From assembly GCA_951406725.2 (NCBI GenBank), contig OX597839.1, positions 28,768,001 to 28,832,000 on the forward strand: a stretch of 64,000 nt of DNA, given 5' to 3'. The translations under genes were made by a program, and so were the position numbers. The stretch is from Octopus vulgaris (taxonomy: Eukaryota). Shown here piece by piece: positions 36,426 to 50,216 of the stretch. The notes below the pieces were generated by a model. It did no database searches and was not told the origin of the DNA. It saw only the letters and a program-made list of their open reading frames with translations. The number at the start of each line of letters is the position of its first letter. The first letter of the stretch is position 1.

Positions 36426-36824
36426 CCTTTGTCTATTTGTTTATTTATTTATTTATCTATTTCGTTCTGTGAATTCTTCTTATGACACCAGCTGAAATGT
36501 AGCACTATATGATGGTTAGTCCTTGTCAGGAAGTTCTGCCTTTGTATCCAAGAAGGAGATTTCACATTGAGGACCTAAAATAGGATTAGAAGATGAAAAA
36601 AAAGAAATTCATGTTAAAAAAGTAAAGATTTTTTTGTTGTTGTTTGTGAGTCTAAAAGGAGGGGCAGAGTCCATGACTGAACCCCTGTGATGCAGCCATG
36701 AGTAAACTAACTCAGGCACTTGAGATGTTGAGTTTCGCAGGGGTCAGCTGTAGTTTTGAAGGCAATTTGTTTGGCTTTCAACTACCAGCTTTTGACAATT
36801 ACAAGAACAACAGCAACAATAATC

Positions 36825-37590
36825 CTATCTACTGAATGCACAAGGCTTCAAATTCGTGGGGTGGAGACTAGTTGATTATATGGACCCCAGTGTTTCACTG
36901 GTATTTAATTTATCCACCCCCAAAAGTATGAACGGCAAAATTGACCTGGACAGAATTTGAGCTCAGAATGTAGTGACAGGGGAAATACCACGAAGCATTT
37001 CATCCAGCATGCTAACGATTCTGCCAGCTTGCCGCTTTAACAACAACAACAATAATAATAATCTTTTCTACTACAGGTACAAGGCCTGAAATTTTAAAGG
37101 AAGAGAGGGGTTACTCAGTCAGTTTGACCCTGGAAGGACGAAAGGCAGAGTTGATCTCGGACGAATTTGAACTCAGAACTTAAAGACAGACAAACTGCCA
37201 GGTGAGTGTCCTAATAATAATAATGATTTCAAATTTTTGCCACAAGACCATAACTAGTACAAGTGCGTAACTGGTACTTATTTAATCGACCCCGAAAGGA
37301 TGAAAGGCAAAGTTAACCTTGGCAGAATTTGAAAACATATAGCTCTAACAACAACAACAACAATAATAATAATAATAATCCTTTGTACAAAAGGCACAAG
37401 GCCTGAAATTTTGGTGGAGGGGACTAGTTAATTACATCGACCCCAGTACTGAACTGGTACCTGTTTTATTGAACCCGTAAGGATGGAAAGCAAAGTTGAC
37501 CTCAGCGGAATTTGAACTCAGAACGTAAAGCTAGAAAAAATGCCGCTAAGCATTTTGCCTGGCAAAATGTGTTTTCATGTTTGGATTAAC

Positions 37591-37631
<41 letters not shown>

Positions 37632-37670
37632 GGAAAAGAATCTAACCATTCTGCCAGCTCCCCTTCTTAA
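36825..37670 (-). mobile_element. Cluster of about four SINE family B copies separated by (AAC)/(AAT) tracts
   Basis: Repeated aaggcctgaaattt...gaccccag...gaaaggcaaagttgacct...gaatttgaactcagaac. Confidence 0.8.
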
Positions 37671-37983
37671 CAACAAGAACAACAATAATAATAATAATAA
37701 AAACTAGTCATATGAAAACAAATTTGTACCAAAGTTAATGCTACATGAATGAATTTGTTAAACTTACTGACTAATAAGTATATTTCAATTATATTCTACT
37801 ATATGTGTGTGTGAGTGTATAAACACAAGCACGCACATATATATACATACACATATATATATATATATGCATATATGTATGTATAAATGTATGTACATAT
37901 ATATGTATGTGTGTGTGTATATATATATATGTATGTATATATATATGTATGTATATATATATATATGTATGTATATATATATG

Positions 37984-38019
<36 letters not shown>

Positions 38020-38774
38020 TATGTATGTATATATATATATGTATGTATATATATATGTATATATGTATATATATATGTGTATATATATATGTATATATAT
38101 ATGTGTATATATATGTATATATATATATATGTATATATATATGTGTGTGTGTGTATATTTATATATATATATATAAAAGAGAAAAATGTCAGTGAGTGGC
38201 TTTCATCCAAATATAAAAGATGAAATATATATATGTGATGAATATATTTTGTTAAATTTACAGGGAATGTAGAAAAACAATCCCTTCTCCCCATCAAGAA
38301 AAATAATTATAAAGAAACAAAAAAAATAAACAGAAATTGAAGTGGAAAAACCAAAAAAATTCTCACTTCCCCCCCACCCCTGCCGCGCCGAAAAATTTTT
38401 GATTCCACCCCTCCTGGCAGCATCGTCCCCCGCTTCTTACAGTTTAGCTAAAACAACGATAATTTGTGCATTAAACTCTCTTTGCTTGGTTACCAAAATA
38501 GAAATTGGTTGAATGATGTCAGTAAGCAGTGACTCGTCTGGCATGTGTGGGCGTCATTCTTGCTGTATTGACTCCAAAAATAGAGATGGTATTAGAGAGA
38601 GAGAGAAAGAGAGAATGACAGAGAGAGAGAGAGGGAGGTAAGGAGAGAGAGATTACTGTTCACAAAGATCAACGGACACAGATAGATAGATACAAATGCT
38701 TCTGTGTTAACGTGTAAATTATGATGATGATAATGATGATGGTGATAACTGCTCGTCTGTATGTGGTGGGGTGA

Positions 38775-38822
<48 letters not shown>

Positions 38823-38859
38823 GTGCACATACATATATATGTGTGTCTGTATATATGAT

Positions 38860-39085
38860 CATCATCATTTAACGTCTGTTTTCCATGCTAAGCATGAGTT
38901 GGACGGTTCGACCGGGGTCTGGGAAGCCAGGAGGCTGCACCAGGCTCCCGACTGATCTGGCACTCTCTTTCTCTTCCTGACACCAACCACTCCGTGAGTG
39001 TAGTGGGTGCTTTTTACATGCCACTTGCACAGGGGTCAGGGGAGGATGGCAACAGCCATGATCGGTTGGTGCCTTTTAAGTGCGA
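38860..39085 (-). mobile_element. Family D element
   Basis: catcatttaacgtctgttttccatgc...gggtctgggaagccaggaggctgcacc. Confidence 0.8.
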
Positions 39086-39104
39086 CCAGCATGTGACCGC
39101 GTGT

Positions 39105-39296
39105 GTACCGTTGGCCATTTTTTTCCCTCCGTCTTCCCTTCTCTGGATCTTTCCTTTTCCTATGTTTCTAACGAAGAGCTCCGCTCAAAACGTTAAACCC
39201 TCCTTCTTTCTTTCTTTTCCTGAGCGTCCAATAACACTATGCTTGTTCCACGTCCTCGCCTTGTGTTTTCTCTTTGTGTTTTCATGTTTGGATTAA

Positions 39297-39300
<4 letters not shown>
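39105..39300 (+). mobile_element. Short PLE-derived element with a degenerate hammerhead
   Basis: gttt-CTAACGA-a-gagc-tcc-gctc-AAAA-CG-TT-aaac; homologous to the 14222 copy. Confidence 0.7.
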
Positions 39301-39348
<48 letters not shown>

Positions 39349-39590
39349 GGAAAAGAATCTGAAAATGCAGGAGTCTTTATGAACTTAACTGGTTTCACTT
39401 ATTTAAAAGATTTTCAAAAGTAAAGTGTGAGGCTTTGTGTATCCTCTGTGGTGTCAAAAATTAGTTTACATAATTGCATTCCAATCAAGTGATAGAGTCT
39501 TTGACAATGGTTTGAGGCTTTTTGTATCCATCACAGAGCGTACACAAAGCCTCAAACCAGCATGCTAACAATTCTCCAGCTCACTGCCTT

Positions 39591-39623
<33 letters not shown>

Positions 39624-39634
39624 GATAATAATGT

Positions 39635-40108
39635 GCGTCGTTTTGTCTTGGTATAAAATATGGACTACAGCAAATATTCTGCTCAATACCACACATTTGC
39701 TGTCAGTTGTTTGACCTTAACCAGTTGAGCATGTCCCTTGGTGGCTGATGATATGTGCATCTCTGATCACGAGCAGAAGTAGTGGGGAAGCATCATAGCT
39801 ATGGTGAGAGGAATTCTTTGGGGTTTGGATAATTAAACATGGGTGTTTCGTTCAACATCCTTAAATAACCCTTATTCAGGGATGTTTTGAGCAGAATGGG
39901 CTACTCAACGTGAAGAAAATTCTAACTGGTCCCCACCTGCAACGTGATGCGCGGTTTATCTTGATATGGGATCACCATGTCATACACATATGGTTGTGAT
40001 GCATGTGCCTGGTGTACCCCTATCAGACGGGTAGTCATGATGGGTATACTGGGCTTTGTACATTTGTACCCTAGTATCACTTTGATGGCATGCACAGCTC
40101 TCTTACGC
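39635..40108. repeat. Family E repeat (inverted relative to 16329-16858), in (AAT)n
   Basis: Colinear reverse-complement match. Confidence 0.85.
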
Positions 40109-40341
40109 AATAATAATAATAATAATAATCATTTCTACTAAAGGCACAAGGCCTGAAATTTTGGTGGAGGGGACTAGTTAATTACATTGACCTCAGTGTT
40201 TCCCTGGTACTTAATTTATCGACACCGAAAAGATGAAAGGCAAAGTCAACCATGGCAGAATTTGAACTCAGGACATAAAGACAGACGAAATACTGGTAAG
40301 CATTTTTCCCAGCATGCTAATGACTCTGCCAGCTCACCATC

Positions 40342-40401
<60 letters not shown>

Positions 40402-40840
40402 TGGAAACAATATAACGCTCTCTACACTTGAGAAAAAAAAGGAAGTTTGAATGTAGAGAAAAGACAAGATGAAGGTTATAAATAGTTTTGCCACGTCACT
40501 GAAGACTGGGTCACTGGATTTTATTCACGTGTGACACGGACATGGCAAAAAGAACATTGCTGGCTGGATTATGTAATGAGGTTTTCTGTCTGTGAGAAAT
40601 GTCCATTATCTTAAACAATTTTCATGGACAGCAACAAGTGTCTCTCACACCCTCTCTCCTCTCTCTTCTTTGCTTTCATTGTTTCTATGTATATATGTGT
40701 TTGTGTGTGAACATGCATGTGTAAATTTATGTGTGTGTGTGTGTGTATGTATATATTCTATTTATGTATCAATGCATGGATATATGCATGTATGTATGTA
40801 TGTGTATTCACACACACACACACACATGCCTACAAATACA

Positions 40841-41223
40841 TGAGATCTCGCGACAGCCATTGCCATCTCCAAGACTGGAGCGAGACCTCACCTGCATCCA
40901 TTTGCCAGGTGCGAGATCACAACCAGGCTTGTGATGGCAAACTGTATATAAAGGCAAAACAGATTGAGATTCTTGGTCTCTTTTGCCGCCTCTCGTTTCC
41001 GCCTCTTAGCAGCAGCGCACTCCATTGGCTGGGCCTGTCTATATGTTGTACCTCCAGGGGCCATGTGCCCGCACTAACGAAGCTACTACACAACGCACAC
41101 GGCTACAGATGGTTGCTGAGAGCAGCACACTTCACCTGTCCTGTGAAACCTGTAAATAAACCAGTTGTAAATTGCATTTGTACTTGAAGTCTTCTCTCTT
41201 CGCCTGCAGAAGCCTGAACTACA
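40841..41223 (+). mobile_element. Probable solo LTR
   Basis: TG...CA-bounded ~380-bp unique island with TATATAAAG (40945), AATAAA (41155) and an ...ACTACA end; no clear TSD. Confidence 0.5.
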
Positions 41224-41259
41224 CAAAGAACAAAGAGAGATAAAATGGAAGAAGGCGAT

Positions 41260-41630
41260 ATTCTTCCGATATCGTAAACCTTGCCATCCATTATAAACCT
41301 ATATTAAATACATATCTACAAAATACCCAGGAACAAATACCACCCACATCACCAGTTATCATAATGGAAGACATTACTGTCTTGTATGAATGAATTAGTC
41401 TCTCAGGGTCCAGAAGGGGAATTACATACAGAAGTGTGATGAGGATGGCGTAATCATGGGCTCTCCCTGAGAGTCTTATGTTTGCTACTTTTTATGTGGC
41501 GACAGCAGAAAAAGTGGGGCCAAGAGATATATTTATTACATCAGACACCGGGCATTTGGATGAGGTTTTTATTATAAGGGACACACTGGAAGACATAAAG
41601 AAATGAATCCTTTTTTACCAACTCTCTGAG
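41260..41630 (+). pseudogene. Degenerate Penelope-like reverse transcriptase fragment
   Basis: Across frameshifts and stops: GPEGEL/IQK..DGVIMGSP*/LMFATFYVATAEK...LDEVFII, resembling the PLE RT motifs Y.Q.dG.aMGSPl..fa.fym..E and (Y)vDDif. Confidence 0.65.
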
Positions 41631-41713
41631 ACTAGCACCATAAATAGATAGACACACACTCACACACACACATATATAAATATATACATATATATATATT
41701 TATATATATAGAT

Positions 41714-41756
<43 letters not shown>

Positions 41757-41979
41757 TAGATAGATAGATATACAGATATAGATAGATAGATAGATAGATA
41801 TACAGATATAGATAGATAGATAGACTGACAGGCAGAGAGGCAGGCAGGTAGACAGATAGATAGATGGATAGATATACAAATATAGATAGTAGATAGATAG
41901 ACTGACTGACAGGTAGGCAGGTAGACAGACAGATTGCAAGATAGATGATAGAGAAGTAGTCAGGTAATAGATAAAGACT

Positions 41980-42021
<42 letters not shown>

Positions 42022-42387
42022 AAGAGAGATATAGGGATAGATAGATAGATAGATAGATAGATAGACAGGCAAACAAACAGACAGAAACAAGCAAAAGGAT
42101 GAAACAGTTTTCTGAAAAATATAGAAACTTTAATTAAAATGTTAGAAAAATATAGCAAAATGCTGTTTGTTTGTCATTTATTCCGTTTTCTCTCAGAAAT
42201 TCCTTCCTTCCATCTTTCAGCATTTGAAAAATTTTTTTCTGTTCAGTAGCTGGCACAATTGGAGTGTTTGTCTAAATACAAACAGTTGTTACAAATAGTT
42301 GAGATTACATCATTCAACTAGTCTATACAGGCTGCGTTAATAAAAGACACAGTCACTAACGTAAGACTATATATATATATATATATT

Positions 42388-42908
<521 letters not shown>

Positions 42909-43532
42909 ATTTTGATTGAATCTTCCATGTATTAACATGTACCTCCTTGTGACAATGTAGACTTTTATTTAATCAAGATAGCCTTGGCTTGAAGAGTAAC
43001 CGGCGGTATACACTTCATTTGGATATTTACCACTTCTGAGATTCTGTTCTCTATGAAACATGTGTAGCCTGGATTTTATCTGCTCCATTCTGTAACTCTT
43101 GTATTCTTATTTGCACACCTGGCAACCCTGGACGCCTACTGTGAAATATAAAAAAGAGATTTTTTTTTAGTTTATCATTCTTGATATGACAAAAACCCCA
43201 CAACCTTCTGTCTCAATAAACTGCTAGTGTCCTTGAAAGTTGTTTTTTTTTTATTTACTACGGATTGCTTGAAGCTAATTTTTTTCCTCCACCTTGATCA
43301 CTGGATCTTATATTTATATTTATATATATATATATATATAAGTAAGTGATTACTTGAACTTTGGGTATATGTCTAGTAGTATGTTGATCAAAGCACTTTT
43401 ACTGTTTGGGCTATCTGATGTCATTCACAGCTACAATATAATTTCACCGGATCTATGTCAGGAATTCTGCAATGTTTGGTTTATAATAACAATTTGTACC
43501 AAATCCATTTCCTGCTTCCTTCGTCTGTTATA

Positions 43533-43626
<94 letters not shown>

Positions 43627-43629
<3 letters not shown>

Positions 43630-43823
43630 AGGCGCAATGGCCTAGTGGTTAGGGCAGCGGACTCGTGGGCGCAGGATTGCGGTTTCGATTCCCAGACCGA
43701 GCGTTGTGAGTGTTTATAGAGCGAAAACACCTAAAAGCTCCACGAGTCTCCGGCAGGGGTGGGGGTGATCCCTGCTGTACTCTTTCACCACTCTTTCTTC
43801 TGTTGGCCTGCTCGCTTAGCCAT

Positions 43824-43874
<51 letters not shown>

Positions 43875-44165
43875 CACCAGTATTTGAATGCTGAAGGCAT
43901 GTGGCTTAGTGGTTAGGGTATTCAGCTCATAATTGTAAGGCATGTTGTGTCCTTGAGCAAGACTCTTTATTTCCCATTGTTCCAGTCCTATCAGCCAGCA
44001 AAAGTGAGTTGTACCTGTAATTCAAAGGGCCAGCGTTGTCACATTCTGTGAACTACATTAGGGATACATGTGTCTGTGGAATATTCAGCCACATGCACAG
44101 TAATTTAATGAGCAAGCTGTTTCATTGATCAGATCAACTGGAACCCCCATTGCGACTGATGGATT
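43627..44165 (+). mobile_element. Two family C-type SINEs (43627-43825 and ~43893-44165)
   Basis: tggaggcgcaatggcctagtggttagggcagcgg...; the second copy is decayed but shares the 3' body. Confidence 0.75.
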
Positions 44166-44368
44166 GGCATTTTTTTAAAGGGTCATGGAAAATATTTTGC
44201 TCCTGATGTATCTACCAGAAGAAACAACAAGGTTTCTTTTTCTGATATTTTTACATAGTTTTTACATGTTTCCAGTCACCAGAACAGGTTCTCTCAGCAA
44301 GTTCTATTGGAAACCCGTACAAGGGAATGAGTGAAAATGAAAATAGGAATTTTGAAAGAAGTATCAAT

Positions 44369-44783
44369 ACTCTTTTACTCTTTTACTTGTTTCAGTCATT
44401 TGACTGCGGCCATGCTGGAGCACCGCCTTCAGTCGAGCAAATAAACCCCAGGACTTATTCTTTGTAAGCCCAGTACTTATTCTATCAGAGTCTTATGCCG
44501 AACTGCTAAGTGACGGGGACGTAAACACACCAGCATCGGTTGTCAAGCAATGCTAGAGGGACAAACACAGACACACAAACATATACACACACATACATAT
44601 ACATATATATACATATATACGACAGGCTTCTTTCAGTTTCCGTCTACCAAATTCCCTCACAAGGCATTGGTCGGCCCGAGGCTATAGCAGAAGACACTTG
44701 CCCAAGATGCCATGCAGTGGGACTGAACTCGGAACCATGTGGTTGGTTAGCAAGCTACTTACCACACAGCCACTCCTGCGCCT
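44369..44783 (-). mobile_element. SINE family A, full length
   Basis: Near consensus. Confidence 0.92.
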
Positions 44784-45087
44784 ATAAGACTAGTTTTTAA
44801 ACATTGAATGGCTTTGGAGATCTGCCAGAATAGAATGGTAACGAAAGGGGTCCAATGGTTGAGAACCACTGATTTAGATGTATTCATTGCAAGAAACAGC
44901 AAGATTTATTTCTCTAACATTTTACATAGTTTAACATGTTCCTGGCCACTGAAACACGTTCTCTCTGAGAGTTCTATAGCAAACCTATACAAGAGAATGG
45001 GTGAAAAATAGAATAGGAGTTAAAAAATGGTTGAGAACTATTGGTTAAGACATTCATTGCAAGAAGCAACAAAATTTCTTTCTCGAG

Positions 45088-45496
45088 ACGGTGAGCTGGT
45101 AGACACGTTAGCACGCCGGGCGAAGTGCTTAGCGGTATTTCGTCTGCATTACGTTGTGAGTTCGAATTCCGCCGAGGTCGACTTTGCCATTCATCCTTTC
45201 GGGGTCGATAAATTAAGTACCAGTTACGCACTTGGGTCAATGTAATCGACTTACTACCTATGTCTGTCCTTGTTTGTCCCCTCTATGTTTAGCCCCTTGT
45301 GGGTAATAAAGAAATAGGTATTTCGTCAGTCGTTATGTTCTGCGTTCAAATTCAGCCGTGGTCGACTTTGCCTTTCATCCTTTCGGGGTCGATAAATAGT
45401 ACCAGTTACACACTGGGATCAACGTAATCGACTTAATCCCTTTGTCCTTGTTTGTTCCCTCTATGTTTAGCCCCTTGTGGGCAATAAAGAAATAAG
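45088..45496 (+). mobile_element. SINE family B, dimeric
   Basis: Head followed by two gtcgactttgcc...tttagccccttgtggg units. Confidence 0.88.
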
Positions 45497-46389
45497 AAAC
45501 AACAAAATTTCTTTCTCTAATATTTTGCATAGTTTATTTACCATGTTTTTGGCTGCCAAACCATGTTCTTACAGCAAGTTTTATTGCAAATCTACACAAG
45601 AGAATGGGTGGAAAAGAAAATAGGGATTTTGAAAGAAATACCTATAAAACTAGTTTGTAGACACCAAATGGTTATGGGGGTCCACCAGAATAAAATATTA
45701 ATCAAAGGGGTCCAGAGTCCCATAGGTAAAAAAAAATGGCTGAGAACCAACGGTGTAGAACAACTGATTTTAGTGAAAATTCTTTGGTGGAATAACCCAG
45801 TGTGACCCTTGCTAGCAACAATGGGGTTTGTTGAAAAAAAACTGATGTAATGCGACAGTTAGTAGTTGGTAGGACATGTTTGTTTTGGAATAAAATGAAG
45901 AAGATGGAAAAATAAACAAGAGGAAAACAAACTCCAAAAGAAAGAAAAAATAATAGTAATTATCAGAAAGGATTTGAATCATGTTGAGGTTGTTGTTGTT
46001 GTTGTTGAGCCCCAGGCTAGTTCTGATAAAAATTAACATTGATCAAAGGCAATCCAGCTGTGAACATCACAGTATTTTCTATTCAGATGCCATAGTAATA
46101 ATGATGCAAAACTAAAGCTACCAAAACAAAGCCAGCGTCACCGTTATTTCTATAACTACAACCATTATTGCATATATTTGAGAACAAATATCGCAATTGA
46201 GATGCCATTATGATAAAATCAATCATAAATTTGTATTGGTAAATTGATTAAGAAACAGCAAACCACAGCAGGATACGACATAACTTGAAGCTGCGCAACT
46301 CAGTTCCAGGTCTGGCAATGGACGAAGATAATAGGAATTAACCATTGGCAAAAAAGGGGAAAAGAAAAAAAGCACTTTGTTTTTTTTTT

Positions 46390-46778
46390 TTTTTACTTGT
46401 TTCAGTCATTTGACTGCGGCCATGCTGGAGCACCGCCTTTAATCGAGCAACTCGACCCCGGGACTTATTCTTTGTAAGCCCAGTACTTATTCTATCGGTC
46501 TCTTTTTGCTGAACCGCTAAGTAACGGGGACATAAACACACCAGCATCGGTTGTCAAGCAATGCTAGGGGAACAAACACAGACACACAAACATATATATA
46601 TATATATATACATATATACGACGGGCTTCTTTCAGTTTCCGTCTACCAAATCCACTCACAAGGCTTTGGTCGGCCCGAGGCTATAGTAGAAGACAATTAC
46701 CTAAGGTGCCACGCAGTGGGACTGAACCCAGAACCATGTGGTTGGTAGACAAGCTACTTACCACACAGCCACTCCTGC
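46390..46778 (-). mobile_element. SINE family A, full length (a further partial copy at ~46838-46985)
   Basis: Near consensus. Confidence 0.92.
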
Positions 46779-46989
46779 GTTGTTTAGAAAATATTTTGTA
46801 ATGTAATATTTATTCATTCATTCTTTTTTCTTTTTATTTGACTGCGGCCATGCTGGAGCACTGCCTCTATTCAAACAAATCAACTCCGGGACTTATTCTT
46901 TTATAAGCCTAGTACTTATTCTGTCGAACTCTTTTGCTGAACTGCTAAGTTACTGGGACGTAAACACACCAGCATTGGTTGTCAAAATC

Positions 46990-47125
46990 GCAGTTGTGGC
47001 AGATACCATTGTCATGCAAATTGGCAGCTGTGCCGGTGGCATATAAAAACACCCATTACATTCTCAGAGTGGTTGGTATTAGGAAGGGCATCCAGCCATA
47101 GAAAACCCTGCCAAATCATCATCAT

Positions 47126-47179
<54 letters not shown>

Positions 47180-47440
47180 CATATCATCATCATCATCATC
47201 CTCATCATCATTTAACGTCTGTTTTCTATGCTAGCATGGGTTGGACTGTTCAACCGGGTCTGGGAAGCCAGGAGGCAGCACCAGGCTCCAGTCTGATCTG
47301 GCAAGTATTTCTACAGCTTGATGCCCTTCATAATGCCAACCACTCTGTGAGTGTAGTGGGTGCTTTTTACGTGCCACCGGCACAGGGGTCAGAGGGGGCT
47401 GGCAACGGCCACAATTGGTTGGTGCCTTTTACGTGCCATG
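46990..47440. mobile_element. Two family D fragments tail-to-tail around (TA)n
   Basis: aggaagggcatccagcc on + (~47080) and gatgcccttc on - (~47320). Confidence 0.7.
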
Positions 47441-47875
47441 TTTTTCTCTGTCACAACATATGAATGAGAAAGGAAGGGGTGATGGCAAACTGGTAGTGGG
47501 ATGATAGAAATACTATGGTTACAAAAAAATCAAACAGCATTTCAACTCTGTGTGAGTATATGTGTGTGTATGTAAATGGGAGATATATGAATGTTTGTGT
47601 GTGTGTGTGTGTGTGTGTAATGGAAGTGGGATGGTGAACATTCAATGCTGAAAAGAAAAATCAAACAGCGTTTCAATTCTGTGTGGGTATATGCGTGTGC
47701 GTGTACAAGGAAAGTATGTGAATGTATGTGTGAACCAGCGTTCTTTCAGCAACAAACGATGATCAAAGTTTCATCTCAAAAGAGAACTGCTAGAAAACAT
47801 TGAGGAGTGTATTAATTTGAATTACCATCCATATTCTATCTTTTGTCCTTATTTAAATATGAAATACTACCATTA

Positions 47876-47908
47876 GCCCGTCATTTTTGACGGCACAGGG
47901 CCAGCTAG
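47876..47908 (+). mobile_element. Helitron-type 3' terminus
   Basis: Hairpin ccgtca-ttt-tgacgg, then ~11 nt, then CTAG|T. Confidence 0.55.
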
Positions 47909-48135
47909 TCTATATATATATATAAAGTCTTGGTGACGTAAGCAGGAAATTAGAACTTAGAACATGAGAATATAAAGAAAGCTCTAAAGAATAGCATTTG
48001 AAAACTGAGTTGATCCAAAGAAAGAAATATTTTAAGTTCCCCTCAAAGTTTATTTTATTTATTCTTCTGACGTCAACAACATAGAAATCTCATTGATAAG
48101 AATAAAGTGTCTAAAATGAAAAGAGGAATTTCAAG

Positions 48136-48208
48136 GATTGCTTTGGTACAATGGTAAAACATCTGTCATGTTTACAGGAGATAGGGGGTTTGAGTCCCAA
48201 AGGCAGCC
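48136..48208 (+). pseudogene. tRNA-like pseudogene or orphan SINE head
   Basis: A-box TGGTACAATGG, B-box GGTTTGAGTCC, acceptor-like ttgcttt/aaggcag, anticodon-like stem ctgt/acag; several invariant positions are mutated. Confidence 0.5.
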
Positions 48209-48395
48209 TTTGACCTTCTTTTTTTTTTTTCAATCAATATTTATGCACTGTTCTTTTAAAGCATTATGTGATGTGCTTCAAGAAACACCGTTCCAAACAA
48301 GAAATATTTCACATTCTCTCAGAAGTACATGAAATTCTTATGGCATCAACAACATGAGCATACACACACACACACACACACACGTTACGTGTTAC

Positions 48396-48432
<37 letters not shown>

Positions 48433-48504
48433 AACCAGCAGAAGTTTTCAGAGTGACTCAAAGGCCAAGAGCTTATAAGTGTATGCATATATATGCGTAG
48501 ATGA

Positions 48505-48796
<292 letters not shown>

Positions 48797-49435
48797 CACA
48801 GATTGGTAGATAGAGATATAGGTGTGTGTGTGTGGAGAGAGAGAGATGAATACATATGTGTGTGTATGTGTGTGTAGAAATATACATGTATACATATATA
48901 TATGTGTGTGTGTGTGTGTTTGTATAAAACTGTTTGGCAATTTATCAAAGTGTGTTTCTGTCTAAAGGTTATACAAGCTTCTTTCGAGTCAGCATCACCA
49001 GTTGTGCTTACGTTAGCAAATCTGGAAAAACACTGCATTGTCTGAGCTGCTGTTAACTCTGTGCCGCAGTCAGTGTTTGTGGAAGTGAGGCTGGTTTGGT
49101 TCCTGTTGAATAATGGAAGAGTTTCTGCTGTAAAGCACCGGCACCTTGGCATCTGTGCCAAAGATTGCTTCTTTTGCCAATCTAGTGAAATACACACACA
49201 CACACACACACACACACTGACACAGACATATGTGTATATATATGAATGCATGTAGGTGTGTGTGTGTGTATTTATATTAGGTGTTTGTGCTAACAAAGGA
49301 TTATTAGTTTAAAACAGCAATCTGTGCATTTTACTTAAAGCAGATACGTCATTGGAAACCTAATTTACTGTGATATTAATCTTGAAAGATCTGTTGTAAA
49401 CGTATGATATCAAAACAAAAATTTATATGTATGCA

Positions 49436-49480
<45 letters not shown>

Positions 49481-49697
49481 ATGTGTGTGTGTTCGTGTGT
49501 GTGTTCGTGTTCGTGTGTGTGTGTATGTGTGTATTCATATTCGCTGTTTTATAAAGAAGGAGTATTAGTCTAAAATAGGTATTTGTGCATCATACTTGAA
49601 GTAAATAAGAAAATATGTCACTGAAAGCCTAATTTACTGCTGTAATCATTTTGAGAGATCTCTTATAGACATAGAATATAAAAAGGAAATATATATA

Positions 49698-49743
<46 letters not shown>

Positions 49744-49982
49744 CATACATATATACATACATGTATGTATGTATATGTATAGCAAAATACACAATTGTCT
49801 TTCACCTGATGATATAGATCAAATTCTGCATTATTTTGAATGAATCTTTTGCCTTTTGTATCAATGCAGAAGTGTTAAGTAATATATTTATTATTAAATA
49901 TGACAATATAAATTATTTGCATGGTTTTTAGCCATGGAAAATTTGTTGCGATTATACGATTTTGTCTCTATTATTTATGATG

Positions 49983-50216
49983 CACGTAAAAAGCGCCATC
50001 CGATCGTGGCTGTTTGCCAGCCTCGTATGGAACCTGTGCCGGTGGCACGTAAAAGCACCCACTACACTCACAGAGTGGTTGGTGTTAAGAAGGGCATCCA
50101 GCCATAGAAACATTGCCAGATCAGACTGGGCCTGGTGCAGCCTTCTGGCTTCCCAGACCCCAGTTGAACCATGCAACCAATGCTAGCATGGAAAGCGGAC
50201 GCTAAACGATGATGAT
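49983..50216 (+). mobile_element. Family D element, 3' part
   Basis: gtgccggtggcacgtaaaagcaccc...agggcatccagcc...taaacgatgatg. Confidence 0.8.

Larger units (their letters stand above)
44180..45760. mobile_element. Three tandem partial copies of a hAT-type MITE end, split by SINE A (44369-44783) and SINE B (45088-45496)
   Basis: Repeated gaaacaacaa..tttct...catagttt...tacaag.gaatg.gtg.aaa; ends ggttgagaaccactg-like (reverse of the CAGTGGTTCTCAACC hAT TIR). Confidence 0.6.

Noticed and set aside
49073-49180. LAKEAIFGTD resembling a BEN-domain motif
   Set aside because: The frame closes after 36 codons and the rest does not fit; probably chance.
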